This document shows positions 18,765-28,944 of a stretch of DNA of 64,000 bases, one piece after another. This DNA is from a virus. The stretch lies in the IMG/VR virus record IMGVR_UViG_3300034061_001913, positions 1 through 64,000 of that record; one strand, 5' to 3'. The notes beneath the pieces are model-generated. The model saw only the letters and a program-made list of their open reading frames with translations. It did no database searches and was not told the origin of the DNA. The position numbers and the translations under genes were made by a program. The first letter of the stretch is position 1; each line of letters opens with the position of its first letter.

Positions 18765-19073
18765 ATGCAGAAAAAACAGATAAGTATACATCTTAGAATT
18801 ATATTACAAAAAATGTTTGAGAATACCAGCATTGAGTATTCTGACGAGTATGTACAGTCTGACAATTGGTATTTAGACTATCAATGGACAGAAGAACAAG
18901 AACAAGAATTTATAAACTGGTTAGCTAATTACCTATCAGAAAATGCAGATGCTAGAAAAGAACTTTTATACTCAAAAGTTAAAAGTAAAAAAATGTGTGG
19001 TCTTGCTGCTAAACAATTTGTAACTTTTTTTGGATGGACAATGGACTTAAAAAAAGAAAAACAAGAACTATGA
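18765..19073 (+). CDS. hypothetical protein
   Basis: 102 aa; WTEEQEQEF.NWL. Confidence 0.7.
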   Translation: MQKKQISIHLRIILQKMFENTSIEYSDEYVQSDNWYLDYQWTEEQEQEFINWLANYLSENADARKELLYSKVKSKKMCGLAAKQFVTFFGWTMDLKKEKQEL

Positions 19074-19288
19074 AACAAACAGCAGTAGAGTGGTTGATTC
19101 AAAAATTAACGAATAGGCAAAATGGAGTGTTTGATGGGTTGTTACATTTGTCAGTTGATGAAATTTATAACCAAGCCAAACAAATGGAAAAGGAGCAACA
19201 TGAAAATACTTGGTATGCAGGAGATGAAGATGGGGCAATACATGAATTTGAGTATTATTGGGAAGAAACATACGGAGGTAACAAATGA
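19070..19288 (+). CDS. KQTAVEWL-family small protein
   Basis: MKQTAVEWL...QAKQMEKEQ...ETYGGNK. Confidence 0.75.
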   Translation: MKQTAVEWLIQKLTNRQNGVFDGLLHLSVDEIYNQAKQMEKEQHENTWYAGDEDGAIHEFEYYWEETYGGNK

Positions 19289-19437
19289 TAATAGCAGTTT
19301 TACTTATATTTTTTTTGATGTGTGTTATTACTGAAAAATCAGATTTTCAACGGATGAAAGATGCAGATGAGTTGCCTCCGTTTACAAAAGAAGAAGCATT
19401 TAATTACTACGAAGAAAATTACGGAGGTAACAAATGA
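19285..19437 (+). CDS. small membrane protein sharing the YGGNK C-terminus (not in ORF track)
   Basis: 50 aa; ATGA overlaps at both ends. Confidence 0.6.
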   Translation: MIIAVLLIFFLMCVITEKSDFQRMKDADELPPFTKEEAFNYYEENYGGNK

Positions 19438-19640
19438 AATGTAAATGTTGCAACAGAGAACAAGATTTAAGATTTGGATTTTGTTTTGATTGTGCTAATG
19501 CAGAATCTATTATTACTGAAGGGGTTGATATGTGGGATGAAGAAGTTACTAAAGAAGAAGGTATGTCAATTATACTTTCAAAACTAAAAAAAATACTTAC
19601 AATTTACGGAGTAGTAAAAATACAAGGAGATGAACAATGA
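19434..19640 (+). CDS. small zinc-binding protein
   Basis: CKCC...CFDC. Confidence 0.7.
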   Translation: MKCKCCNREQDLRFGFCFDCANAESIITEGVDMWDEEVTKEEGMSIILSKLKKILTIYGVVKIQGDEQ

Positions 19641-19864
19641 CAAACAATAAACAACAAACAGCAGTAGAGTGGCTTATTAAAATATATCTACAAACAAACA
19701 AGATAGATAATTTTGATATTGAACAAGCCAAAGAAATGGAAAAGCAAAGAATTGAAACTGCATACAACAAAGGAACAGTTCATGGGATTGATTATCCTGA
19801 AAGTACGCTACCACTAACTGGCGAACAATACTACGAACAAACCTACGGAGGAGGTGAGCAATGA
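19637..19864 (+). CDS. KQTAVEWL-family small protein
   Basis: MTNNKQQTAVEWL...QAKEMEK...EQYYEQTYGG. Confidence 0.8.
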   Translation: MTNNKQQTAVEWLIKIYLQTNKIDNFDIEQAKEMEKQRIETAYNKGTVHGIDYPESTLPLTGEQYYEQTYGGGEQ

Positions 19865-20094
19865 CAAACAATAAACAACAAACAGCGGTTCAAAGATTGA
19901 TAGAACAATTAAGATTTACCCATAAAGAAGCGTATAATGATTTATATGAGGTAATTCAGCAAGCCTTAGAAATGGAAAAGGAACAGATAGTTGAAGCGTA
20001 TAAAGAAGGTTATAGCGATGGTGATTTTTACGAAGATGAACGCTTAGATAAAGAGTTAGCAGAACAATACTACAAAGAAACTTATAAAAAATAA
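19861..20094 (+). CDS. KQTAVEWL-family small protein
   Basis: MTNNKQQTAV...QALEMEKEQI...EQYYKETY. Confidence 0.8.
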   Translation: MTNNKQQTAVQRLIEQLRFTHKEAYNDLYEVIQQALEMEKEQIVEAYKEGYSDGDFYEDERLDKELAEQYYKETYKK

Positions 20095-20097
20095 AAT

Positions 20098-20763
20098 ATG
20101 GCACTATTAGTAGGAGTAATCGGTCCTTCAGGCGAAGGAAAATCAACCAGTATTAGAACATTAAATCCGGAAGAAACCATTATCATTGGTGTAGCCGGTA
20201 AGGAGCTACCGTTCAAAGGAGCTTCTAAAATGTACAGTTTAGACAAAAAGAATTATCTAGAAATCTCTACGTCTAAAGAAATTGTAGACTTGCTTAAAAA
20301 CATAAGCGAGAAAGGTAAACACGTTAAGAATATTGTTATTGACGATATTCAGTATGTTATGGGTTTTGAATTTATGAAAAGAGCTACTGAGATTGGTTAT
20401 ACCAAATTCTCTCAGATAGGTCAAAACATGTTCAACATTCTACACGCAGCTAGAGGTTTAAGAGCAGATCTTAAAGTATTTTGCTTAGGTCACTCAGAAA
20501 CCGTAGAAGATGGCGGAGAGATTGTTGCTTATCAAATGAAGACAATTGGCAAAATGTTAACAAATAACATTAATTTAGAAGGTTTATTCACCATTTGTCT
20601 TTACACCTTTGCAGAAGAAGGTAAAAATGGTATGGAATATCACTTCCTTACAAATCGTTACAAGAAGCGTCCTGCAAAATCTCCTATGGGAATGTTTGAT
20701 GATACAATGATTCCTAATGATTTGCAACTTGTTTCAAATAAAATTGAAGAATATTACTCTTAA
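20098..20763 (+). CDS. AAA_24/Sak4-like ATPase
   Basis: GPSGEGKS, IVIDD, AKSPMGMF. Confidence 0.85.
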   Translation: MALLVGVIGPSGEGKSTSIRTLNPEETIIIGVAGKELPFKGASKMYSLDKKNYLEISTSKEIVDLLKNISEKGKHVKNIVIDDIQYVMGFEFMKRATEIGYTKFSQIGQNMFNILHAARGLRADLKVFCLGHSETVEDGGEIVAYQMKTIGKMLTNNINLEGLFTICLYTFAEEGKNGMEYHFLTNRYKKRPAKSPMGMFDDTMIPNDLQLVSNKIEEYYS

Positions 20764-20817
20764 TGAGAAATCACCAAAGACAACTAAATAACACAAACAA
20801 AAAAACAAAAAAGTATT

Positions 20818-21651
20818 ATGGCAATTAATGTAAATGACGTAGAAGAAAACCAAGGTGGGTTTGAGAAAAAACTTTACACCGGTTATGCACCTGTTCAGAT
20901 TGTAGCAGTTAACCCCAACGAAAAAGCACTAGCTAAATTATTCGATGTTGACGTAGAAAAAATCAAAGACCCTGCTTATGATAAGACTGAGGGCAAAATG
21001 AGACTAGATTTCTGGTACAAGAATCATTCTTCTTGTGATACCGAACTCCTAGGCAAATTCAGCCTATGGGTAAACAATGATAGCGTTGTTGGCCAAAATA
21101 GCGGTAAAAAACAGTATATAGATAATTATACTAAAACCGCTTGGGCTATCGACTTGGCATCTTTAAGCCAAGACCAACAAACAAAAGACCCTATGTATCG
21201 CCTAGATACAAAGACAATCAGAGAAGCTAAAACTGGCGAAGAGGATGTTTACGAACTCCTTAAAGCTTATGCTAATGCTAGACCAAAAGAAAAGCCATTT
21301 GTGCTTGACTCTTGGGAAAGTATATCTAAAGGTAAAGTAGGAGAGTTGAAAGACTTCTTCGATGCCTTTAACCAAAAAGGTTCAGGTATCAAAGTTCCGC
21401 TAACTATCCGTGACGGAAAATATCAAAGTGTATTCACTAAAGGTATTATTCCTTTGAGCTCACCTGTAACCGACTATGTGAAGAAGAAGTTCCAAGGTCA
21501 GTATGGTTGTAAAGATTTCTACGGAGATTCTTTTATCTTGAAAGAATTCGTGGATGATGATAACCCATTTTTTGCACCTGATGAGGAGCCAAACTACTCA
21601 CCATCAAGTTCAGAAAACAACTCAGCACCTGGAAGCACAGGATTGTTTTAA
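20818..21651 (+). CDS. putative ssDNA-binding replication protein
   Basis: lies between the AAA ATPase and primase; acidic tail ending in F. Confidence 0.6.
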   Translation: MAINVNDVEENQGGFEKKLYTGYAPVQIVAVNPNEKALAKLFDVDVEKIKDPAYDKTEGKMRLDFWYKNHSSCDTELLGKFSLWVNNDSVVGQNSGKKQYIDNYTKTAWAIDLASLSQDQQTKDPMYRLDTKTIREAKTGEEDVYELLKAYANARPKEKPFVLDSWESISKGKVGELKDFFDAFNQKGSGIKVPLTIRDGKYQSVFTKGIIPLSSPVTDYVKKKFQGQYGCKDFYGDSFILKEFVDDDNPFFAPDEEPNYSPSSSENNSAPGSTGLF

Positions 21652-21666
21652 GTTTTATTTAGGAAT

Positions 21667-21696
21667 AAAAGGGAAAGTCTTGTACTTTCCCTTTTT
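21667..21696 (+). terminator. intrinsic terminator
   Basis: AAAAGGGAAAGT...ACTTTCCCTTTTT. Confidence 0.75.
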
Positions 21697-21722
21697 ATTT
21701 AACCCAACACCAACTTTGTTTT

Positions 21723-22685
21723 ATGGATATAAATAGTATAGAAACGCTACCCACTATTCAAAAGGTTTATGACTTAATAGGACAAGAGAACATTATGTCT
21801 TTTTACTTGGAGTCTGTTAAGATAGGTAAGAGGTATGTCAATCCTTTTAGAGACGATAGAAACCCTAGTTGCTTTTTTAAGTGGACAAGTAAAGGCAATC
21901 TTTACTTTGTAGACTATGCAACTGAGAAAGTGTATTTTAGTCCTTTAGACGTAGCTCAGCTTAAGACCGGTTATGAATTTCCAGAAGTCCTCTATAAGAT
22001 AGAGTCTGACTTTAGGATTAATGACTTGTCTATGCACGAGCTAGAATCTTTGAAACTAAAAGAAAAGGAACCTATAATCTTAGAACCTGCAGATATTAGA
22101 ACAACTGGTTCTTACTTTAAGACAAAAGACTTAGAGTATTGGGAACAGTTTGGTATAACCCCTGATATTCTAAGCTTATATGACGTAAAGAAAGTTGAAA
22201 AGGCTTGGATAAATGGAAAGCTATGGTACATTAGAAATGATTTTGACCCTTGTTATCGTTACTTAGAAAAAGATAAGATTAAGCTTTATAGGCCATTTGC
22301 AGACAAGAAAATTAAGTTTCGTACTAACTTCTTTGGAGGCATGCTGGAAGGCTGGAATCAGCTTCCTGAACATGGAGACGAGCTAATTATTACAAAAGGA
22401 ACTAAAGACGTAATGTGCCTGAAAAGTTGTGGAGTAAATGCTGTAGCTGTTAGAAGTGAGAACACTCCTATTAGCGAGAATGCATTTAATCTTCTAAAGT
22501 CTAGATTCAAAAACATAAAAATATGGTACGATAACGATGGACCGGGACAAAAAGCTTGTAAAAAAATGGTAGAGATGTATGACTTGGAATGCATAATGCA
22601 CGACACAAGTTTACCAAAAGACCCTTCAGATATATACAAAGAGTTGGGCAAAGAAAAAGTACTCGAATTAATAAAACATGGATAA
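21723..22685 (+). CDS. DNA primase (TOPRIM)
   Basis: NPFRDDRNPSC, IITKGTKDVM, WYDND..G, KDPSD. Confidence 0.9.
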   Translation: MDINSIETLPTIQKVYDLIGQENIMSFYLESVKIGKRYVNPFRDDRNPSCFFKWTSKGNLYFVDYATEKVYFSPLDVAQLKTGYEFPEVLYKIESDFRINDLSMHELESLKLKEKEPIILEPADIRTTGSYFKTKDLEYWEQFGITPDILSLYDVKKVEKAWINGKLWYIRNDFDPCYRYLEKDKIKLYRPFADKKIKFRTNFFGGMLEGWNQLPEHGDELIITKGTKDVMCLKSCGVNAVAVRSENTPISENAFNLLKSRFKNIKIWYDNDGPGQKACKKMVEMYDLECIMHDTSLPKDPSDIYKELGKEKVLELIKHG

Positions 22686-23301
22686 CACAGTTGTAAAAGA
22701 AAATTCCGCAGTCGTGGAAAGAGAAATACCAGGATACTTAAAAGAAAAAGACCTTATACGAAAAGTTTCTAGTAAAGTTAAAAAAGAACTAAACCTAGAT
22801 GTACTGAACGAAGATCTAACAGATTGCCTATACGGTGTACTAAAAGAATGCATGGCTGAGAACCTAGCTTTTATGTATTTTCAACCAGAAAAGTATGAAG
22901 AGTTTACATTACCACATGGAATAAGTCTAGACATGATGCTCTTAAATCTAAAAGATTATGAAGCAAAGCGAAATTTTGAGAAGCTTGTAGAGTTTTTCTT
23001 TAAGGTAAAGTGGCTAAGAATTGCTTCAAAAACAAGAAAGAGAGAAATAGTTATCCCTAGACAGTTTGTAGAAACATGGCTTGTAGACAACACTAATTGG
23101 AGCCTAAAAGAAGTAGGCGCATTTATGGGCAACAGAGACCATTCTACAGTAATACACTCTTCGATGGCAGTAAGAGATAGTATTAGTGTAGATAGAAAGC
23201 AACTTAACTATTGGAATAACTTTAATGAATTTTTAAATGTCTATATTAAACCAGATACTTCCGAAAGAGTGGGCCAACCTCATCACAGAGCAAGAAAATG
23301 A
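22678..23301 (+). CDS. protein with DnaA C-terminal HTH domain
   Basis: RKREIVIPRQ...SLKEVGAFMGNRDHSTVIHS. Confidence 0.8.
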   Translation: MDNTVVKENSAVVEREIPGYLKEKDLIRKVSSKVKKELNLDVLNEDLTDCLYGVLKECMAENLAFMYFQPEKYEEFTLPHGISLDMMLLNLKDYEAKRNFEKLVEFFFKVKWLRIASKTRKREIVIPRQFVETWLVDNTNWSLKEVGAFMGNRDHSTVIHSSMAVRDSISVDRKQLNYWNNFNEFLNVYIKPDTSERVGQPHHRARK

Positions 23302-23923
23302 GCTTCTTAAAATAGGAACTTATATAGCTGAGAGAAGAACTCAGTGTAATGTCTTTCCTAAATCTGAAGAAGTGTTTAGAGCTTTCTGGGAAACCCCTCT
23401 AGATAAAGTAAGAGTAATTATGCTCTCAATGGACCCTTATCCTAACTTGTATAAAGGAGAGCCAGTAGCTTGCGGATTATCGTTTGCTCCTAGGAATCCT
23501 AGTTATGTACCACCTTCTCTTAGAATCATATCTAGGTGTATCCAAGAAGACCTAGGAGAAGGAGAACTTGATTGGCAAAATTTACCAAAAGAGGGAGTGC
23601 TTTTACTAAATGCAGCTTTGACTGTAGAAGAGAAGTCGCCAGGCTCACACTTAAAACTTTGGGAAAACTTTACTCTAGGTGTTATAAAAGCACTACAGCA
23701 GTACAACACTGGGCTAATCTTTGTCTTGTTAGGCAAGGATGCTCAGAAGTTTAAACCTGCTATCAACTCTTCCTTTAATTACGTATTAGAAAGACCACAT
23801 CCTGTATCAGAAGTGTACTCAGGAACTAAGTGGCAACACAATAATCTTTGGTCCGAAATTAACAATATAACAAAAGGACTAAATGGAGAAACAGTACAAT
23901 GGTTGAAACCTGTAGAAGGTTAG
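23237..23923 (+). CDS. ung: uracil-DNA glycosylase (family 1)
   Basis: MDPY, GLSF, PPSL, GVLLLNAALTV, PGSH, HP. Confidence 0.92.
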   Translation: MSILNQILPKEWANLITEQENELLKIGTYIAERRTQCNVFPKSEEVFRAFWETPLDKVRVIMLSMDPYPNLYKGEPVACGLSFAPRNPSYVPPSLRIISRCIQEDLGEGELDWQNLPKEGVLLLNAALTVEEKSPGSHLKLWENFTLGVIKALQQYNTGLIFVLLGKDAQKFKPAINSSFNYVLERPHPVSEVYSGTKWQHNNLWSEINNITKGLNGETVQWLKPVEG

Positions 23924-23945
23924 TCTGTACTAAAATAAGTTTTAT

Positions 23946-24149
23946 ATGAAATACTTAGCAATTTGTCACGATTGCGGAAAACTCTTAGGAGAGACTAAAG
24001 AGTTCCAAGAAGAAGAACTCAAAGATAATATGGGGCAAGTAATGAAACTTGCTTCATTCTCTTTTAAAGAATGTCCTCGTTGTGGCTCAGAGAAAATTAA
24101 TCTAAAAAAAGATTATTTTAACCTTGAAAATGAAGAAAAAGAAACTTAA
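23946..24149 (+). CDS. zinc-ribbon protein
   Basis: CHDC...CPRC. Confidence 0.7.
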   Translation: MKYLAICHDCGKLLGETKEFQEEELKDNMGQVMKLASFSFKECPRCGSEKINLKKDYFNLENEEKET

Positions 24150-24177
24150 CTTTGAAAATTAAAAACAAAAAAAACTA

Positions 24178-25038
24178 ATGGCAATCGCAAATTTTAAACA
24201 AGTAGAAGGTACTATTTCAGTAGATGAAATGCTTACTGCATCCGGAACCAACTGGAACGTAGTAAAGAAACCTTTAGTAACACAAGAGGGTTGGACAACA
24301 GACTCTTATGGAGTCTTTAGAGAAGATACAGGAGCTTATCTAGCTACTGTAGGTAATCGCTATACCCCTACACAAAACAGAGACTTATTGAGTCTTTTAC
24401 ATCAAGCAGCAGAACATGCTCACATAACCATTTCTAGAGGAGGTACAATTTCTCAAGGCAAAAGGGTGTTTTATCAATTGAGCCTGGGAGAAGATAAAAT
24501 CGGAAACAGCGTACTTAAGCGTTGGTTGACAGCTTTGAACTCTCATGACGGACAAACTCCTTTGGGCTTTGGTACTACTAACGTAGTTGTAGTTTGTCAA
24601 AATACTTTCTTTAAATCTCTTTCTGAGGTTAACAAAGTAAGACACACTCCCGGAAGCTACGATAGAATTTCTATTATTGTGCAATCAATGTCTGATGCTA
24701 TCCTACAAGAAACCTTGCTAGTAGAGCAATTTAAAACTATGAGTGGTGTTTATGTACCTTCAAAGGTTGATGATGATTTCCTAAGAGCTATTCTAGGTGT
24801 AAACGAAAACACTAGAAGTGATAACAGACTTATCACTTTAAAAGAGTCTATTGCTAAGGACATTAATATTCATGGCAGTACTCAATGGGGATTGTTTAAC
24901 GGAGTAACTAGATTTACTACTCACCACGATAACGTAAAGGATCGTGCTAGAAGTGTAATGGAAGGCTCTGGTTTTAAAATCAATAACAATGCTCTTGAGT
25001 TGGTATCTGCTATGTCTAGCTTTTCTACTTCAATGTAA
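24178..25038 (+). CDS. DUF932-family protein
   Basis: VGNRYTPTQN, NSHDG, VCQNT, RHT, WGLFNGVT. Confidence 0.85.
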   Translation: MAIANFKQVEGTISVDEMLTASGTNWNVVKKPLVTQEGWTTDSYGVFREDTGAYLATVGNRYTPTQNRDLLSLLHQAAEHAHITISRGGTISQGKRVFYQLSLGEDKIGNSVLKRWLTALNSHDGQTPLGFGTTNVVVVCQNTFFKSLSEVNKVRHTPGSYDRISIIVQSMSDAILQETLLVEQFKTMSGVYVPSKVDDDFLRAILGVNENTRSDNRLITLKESIAKDINIHGSTQWGLFNGVTRFTTHHDNVKDRARSVMEGSGFKINNNALELVSAMSSFSTSM

Positions 25039-25043
25039 GTACT

Positions 25044-25325
25044 GTGGCAAAAAGTTATTATTTTATTTTTGGCGAAGAGGCTTCAGATATTATTGCTAGA
25101 GCTGGTTTTAGTTACTTTCTAGAAAATATGGAAGATATTCCACACGGTATCTATCACTTTAAAGATGGAGACTCTCCTTTTAAACTTCTTGATAGTTACA
25201 CAGGATGGAATGACTTTTATATAATAACTGAGTCAGAGTGGGAACAATACCACGAAGAATTAAATAGTAAAGCATCTCAGGAAACTGAACAGCCTATAAA
25301 TAGAGAAGATAATTTCATTATCTGA
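25044..25325 (+). CDS. hypothetical protein
   Basis: 93 aa ORF with GTG start. Confidence 0.65.
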   Translation: MAKSYYFIFGEEASDIIARAGFSYFLENMEDIPHGIYHFKDGDSPFKLLDSYTGWNDFYIITESEWEQYHEELNSKASQETEQPINREDNFII

Positions 25326-25335
25326 TTTAAATGTG

Positions 25336-25365
25336 AAAAAGGGGAGAAGCAATTCTCCCTTTTTT
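25336..25365 (+). terminator. intrinsic terminator
   Basis: GGGAGAA-GCAA-TTCTCCC followed by a T tract. Confidence 0.8.
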
Positions 25366-25406
25366 CTTGTTATGCCTTTACATATATTTGCCTCAACTAA
25401 TAAGCT

Positions 25407-26057
25407 ATGCTTAATAAAACAGTAAAACCCAAAAAAACTCCTATCAAAGGAGAGATTATAAAACACAAAGAACAGAAACCTTGTTCAGATTGTGGTAAAA
25501 TAAAACCTTTAGCCAATAAGACAAAAAGGTTATGTGCTACTTGTCTTGTAAAGCAAAGAAAAGAAAAACAAAAATCTCGCAAGGAATACAAGAAAAGAAT
25601 CAAACAAGAGACCATAACTCAAAGTAGATTAGACCAAGTAACCTCTTGGTTAGTTAGAGCTGCACATGAAGAAAAGTGTCACTCTTGCGAAATTCCACTA
25701 GACCCTAAGCAAAGCCAATGTTGTCACTTTGTAGGAAGAACTAAAGGCCCTACTCGCTACAATCTATTAAATTTACTTCCAGGATGTAGGACTTGTAATT
25801 TATTTACTCCTCATCACGTTTGGAACTTAGGTAAGACTTTAAATAAACTATGGGGAGACGACACTACTGAGAAAATGTTACAACTCTCAACTAGACATTT
25901 AAAACTGAGTAACAACGACAGAAAAATGATTTACGACATCTTCAAACATTATTTAGATAAAATTCATGACGGTAATTACTCTCAAGACGAGAAGTATTCA
26001 CTAATCCTTGAAGCTCAATCTAAATACGAGAAGATTGTCAATTCACTTATTTCATGA
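25407..26057 (+). CDS. NinG/Rap-like HNH nuclease
   Basis: CHSC...CCHFVGR...TRY...N..PGCRTCN. Confidence 0.75.
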   Translation: MLNKTVKPKKTPIKGEIIKHKEQKPCSDCGKIKPLANKTKRLCATCLVKQRKEKQKSRKEYKKRIKQETITQSRLDQVTSWLVRAAHEEKCHSCEIPLDPKQSQCCHFVGRTKGPTRYNLLNLLPGCRTCNLFTPHHVWNLGKTLNKLWGDDTTEKMLQLSTRHLKLSNNDRKMIYDIFKHYLDKIHDGNYSQDEKYSLILEAQSKYEKIVNSLIS

Positions 26058-26064
26058 AACCTTT

Positions 26065-28050
26065 ATGAGGTATTTAATTTCAGCACAACAACAACTACCT
26101 TCACCTAATTACCAGACATGCACAGTAAAAGAAAGTTTAGATTATCTTAATAGTTTAGACGAAATAGCCGTAGATACCGAAACTCTTGGCTTTGATCCTT
26201 ATACTTGTGCACTTATAAGTATTCAATTAGGTGATAGGAATAATCAGTATTTTATTGACACAGGAACTATTAATATTCAACAATACAAAACGTTACTGGA
26301 AACTAAGCTGCTTGTCATGCAGAATGGCAAGTTTGACCTTAGATTTCTTTATCATAATCGTATTGTACCGTCACGCATTTATGACACTTATTTAGCAGAA
26401 AGAACTCTTTATCTTGGTATTGACTCACACAGAGCTGGTTTAGACAGCTTATGTATGGAGTATCTAGGAATTATGTTAGATAAAGAAGAACGCAAGAACA
26501 TTTCTGCTCGTCTTACCGAATCTTTAATAGTCTATGGCTGTAAAGATGTAGAATATCTTCTAGAGATCAAAAGGATTCAACAAGGATTCATTAAAGAAAA
26601 AGGACTAGAAGTCTCAATTGAACTGGATAATCGCTTTGTAAAAGTTCTAGCTTATATAGAGTATTGCGGAATCAAACTAGACGCAGAGAAATGGAAAGCT
26701 AAGATTGAATCCGCTAAGAAAGAAATGGTCAATTATAAAAATCTCTTAGATGAGTTTATCCGAGAGAACAATATGAAAGAATTCATTAACTTTCAAGGCG
26801 ACTTATTTAATTCAGAACTCTCCGTAGTTATTAATTGGAACTCACCTAAACAGGTTATTCGTTTCTTTAACTTAATTGGAGTAAACACTAAAGTTAAAGA
26901 CAAAGGCGAATACAAGGATACAGTAGAACAAGGACATCTTATTAAATTTGCAAAGAAGTTTCCAATTATAGAAACTTACTGCAAGTATAAGGAATGTCAA
27001 AAGGACTTAAGTACCTACGGTGAAAACTGGTTCAAACTAATTAACCCTGTTAGCGGAAGAGTACATACTCAGTTTAAACAACTGATGAATACTGGTCGAC
27101 TATCTTCTGGCGGTAAAGATAAAATAATGAAAGTAGAACTACCTAATATGCAAAATATTCCTTCTGACGAAGAAACAAGAAGTTGTTTCGTAGCAGATAA
27201 AGGTAACTTGCTTATAGGGGTAGACTATTCTGGTCAAGAACAAGTAGTTCTAGCTAATCGTTCTATGGATAGAAACCTTTTAGAATTCTATGATAAGGGT
27301 CTTGGAGACATGCATTCGTTTGTTGCTTCAAAGATGCACAGAGAACTAGAAGGACTAACTCTAGATGAGATTAAGAAAAAACATAAGGATAAAAGACAAG
27401 CAGCTAAGGTTGCTGGCTTTGCAATCGGTTATGGCGGCTCTCCAACTGCTATAGCAGATCAACTACAAGTAAGTGAAGAACAAGCTCAAGAAGTTTACAA
27501 CGGATACTTTGAGGCTTTTCCAGGACTCAAAGAATATTTCGATAAAACAAAACAAGAAGGACTTAAAAATGGTTATGTACTAATCTCTCCAGAAACAGGA
27601 AAGAAATGTTACATAAATTATTATGAAGAGTTCTTAGAAGTACAGAAAGAATTCACTAAAGACTTTTGGACAAGATACAAAAAGCTAAAAGAAAAAGGTT
27701 TTGAGTCTCCTACCTTTTTAGAAATGAAAGACAAGGTATCTAAGTATTTCACAAAGAAAGGTGAAATAGAAAGGATGTCTCTCAACTATCCTATTCAGGG
27801 TTCCTCAGCAGAAATTACAAAACTCTCAGCAGTTTATTTTTGGGATGAATATCTTGTGCCTAATAATTTGCTTTTTATCGTTAAATTTGTGAATGTCATT
27901 CACGATGAAAACCTTATTGAAGCACCTGAAGAACTTACTGAAGAAGCTTGTAAGGAACTTATTAGATGTATGGAAAAATCAGGAGAAAAGTTCTGCAAAA
28001 GAGTTCCTCTTAAAGCAGAACCAGCCATTGCAACATTTTGGCGGAAATAA
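26065..28050 (+). CDS. polA: DNA polymerase family A with 3'-5' exonuclease domain
   Basis: VDTET, TGRLSS, DYSGQE, RQAAKVAGFAIGYG, NYPIQG, IHDE. Confidence 0.95.
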   Translation: MRYLISAQQQLPSPNYQTCTVKESLDYLNSLDEIAVDTETLGFDPYTCALISIQLGDRNNQYFIDTGTINIQQYKTLLETKLLVMQNGKFDLRFLYHNRIVPSRIYDTYLAERTLYLGIDSHRAGLDSLCMEYLGIMLDKEERKNISARLTESLIVYGCKDVEYLLEIKRIQQGFIKEKGLEVSIELDNRFVKVLAYIEYCGIKLDAEKWKAKIESAKKEMVNYKNLLDEFIRENNMKEFINFQGDLFNSELSVVINWNSPKQVIRFFNLIGVNTKVKDKGEYKDTVEQGHLIKFAKKFPIIETYCKYKECQKDLSTYGENWFKLINPVSGRVHTQFKQLMNTGRLSSGGKDKIMKVELPNMQNIPSDEETRSCFVADKGNLLIGVDYSGQEQVVLANRSMDRNLLEFYDKGLGDMHSFVASKMHRELEGLTLDEIKKKHKDKRQAAKVAGFAIGYGGSPTAIADQLQVSEEQAQEVYNGYFEAFPGLKEYFDKTKQEGLKNGYVLISPETGKKCYINYYEEFLEVQKEFTKDFWTRYKKLKEKGFESPTFLEMKDKVSKYFTKKGEIERMSLNYPIQGSSAEITKLSAVYFWDEYLVPNNLLFIVKFVNVIHDENLIEAPEELTEEACKELIRCMEKSGEKFCKRVPLKAEPAIATFWRK

Positions 28051-28073
28051 TAATTGTTGGAAAAAATAAAAAT

Positions 28074-28328
28074 ATGAACATTACAGTACTAGGACAAACC
28101 GTATGTATGGAAGGAATTAGAGTGATTAGAAAAGAACTAAAAGTTTACACTCTATTCTTTCCAGACGAAGAAACAGAAAGCAGCTATGAAAACGCTGAAA
28201 AGACTTACTTACCTACCGGATTATTAATTGATAAGATAGTCGGTAAAACTTTTCATGGAGAAGAGTATGAAGACTTTGTAGAAGTCAACCTTAACAAAAT
28301 AATAGAATATGGAATTCAATCTAGATAG
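28074..28328 (+). CDS. hypothetical protein
   Basis: ORF after PolA; ATG start chosen. Confidence 0.55.
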   Translation: MNITVLGQTVCMEGIRVIRKELKVYTLFFPDEETESSYENAEKTYLPTGLLIDKIVGKTFHGEEYEDFVEVNLNKIIEYGIQSR

Positions 28329-28438
28329 TTTCAAGATAAAAATAATTGAAACAGCCGAACACATTACTTTCTATATATACAACAGAGCAGGTACTTACTT
28401 ACTAAAGAAAGAAACCTACGACAAAAAGAAGTTGCTAT

Positions 28439-28729
28439 ATGAAGACTCCTAACTTAACAGATAAAGACCAACAAGCCCTTAAAGACATAAGAAAAGCTTA
28501 CTTGTTGGCTAAAACCGCAGCAACCATGCTTGAATATATCAAACACGATATAAGTAAAGAGCTAAGGACTGCTGCTTTAGAGGCCAAAGCAAAAAACAAT
28601 TACTTTGTAAAGTTAGTTGACGAGGCTTTTGTAAAAAACAAAGTACCAAAAACATTTATAGAGTCAGAAGACGAGCTAAGTTTTGACTTCCTAGAAACTC
28701 TATACGAACCTAAAGTAAAAATGTCATGA
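28439..28729 (+). CDS. hypothetical protein
   Basis: 96 aa ORF. Confidence 0.7.
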   Translation: MKTPNLTDKDQQALKDIRKAYLLAKTAATMLEYIKHDISKELRTAALEAKAKNNYFVKLVDEAFVKNKVPKTFIESEDELSFDFLETLYEPKVKMS

Positions 28730-28940
28730 CACTAAAAGAATATATTGACCACTTAAACAATATTATTGAAAATAATCCCCAAGCTGGGGATTTTTTAGTC
28801 ATTTACGCTTGTGATGATGAAGGTAACTCTTTCCACAAGACAAACTTTCCTCCTGCAATAATGCCGTAAAAGACACTGAGACACTATACGATCTACAACT
28901 TGATAGGTCGGCTGAACCAAATGTAATATGCATAAATTAA
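28726..28940 (+). pseudogene. frameshifted small DDEGN-motif gene
   Basis: MTLKEYI...DDEGNSF stops early; the ...NVICIN* tail lies in another frame (215 nt total). Confidence 0.55.
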
Positions 28941-28944
28941 AAGT

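Noticed and set aside
26065-28050. Intein or intron in PolA
   Set aside because: Continuous ORF of normal size with all motifs; the insert between motifs B and C is short and lacks splicing motifs
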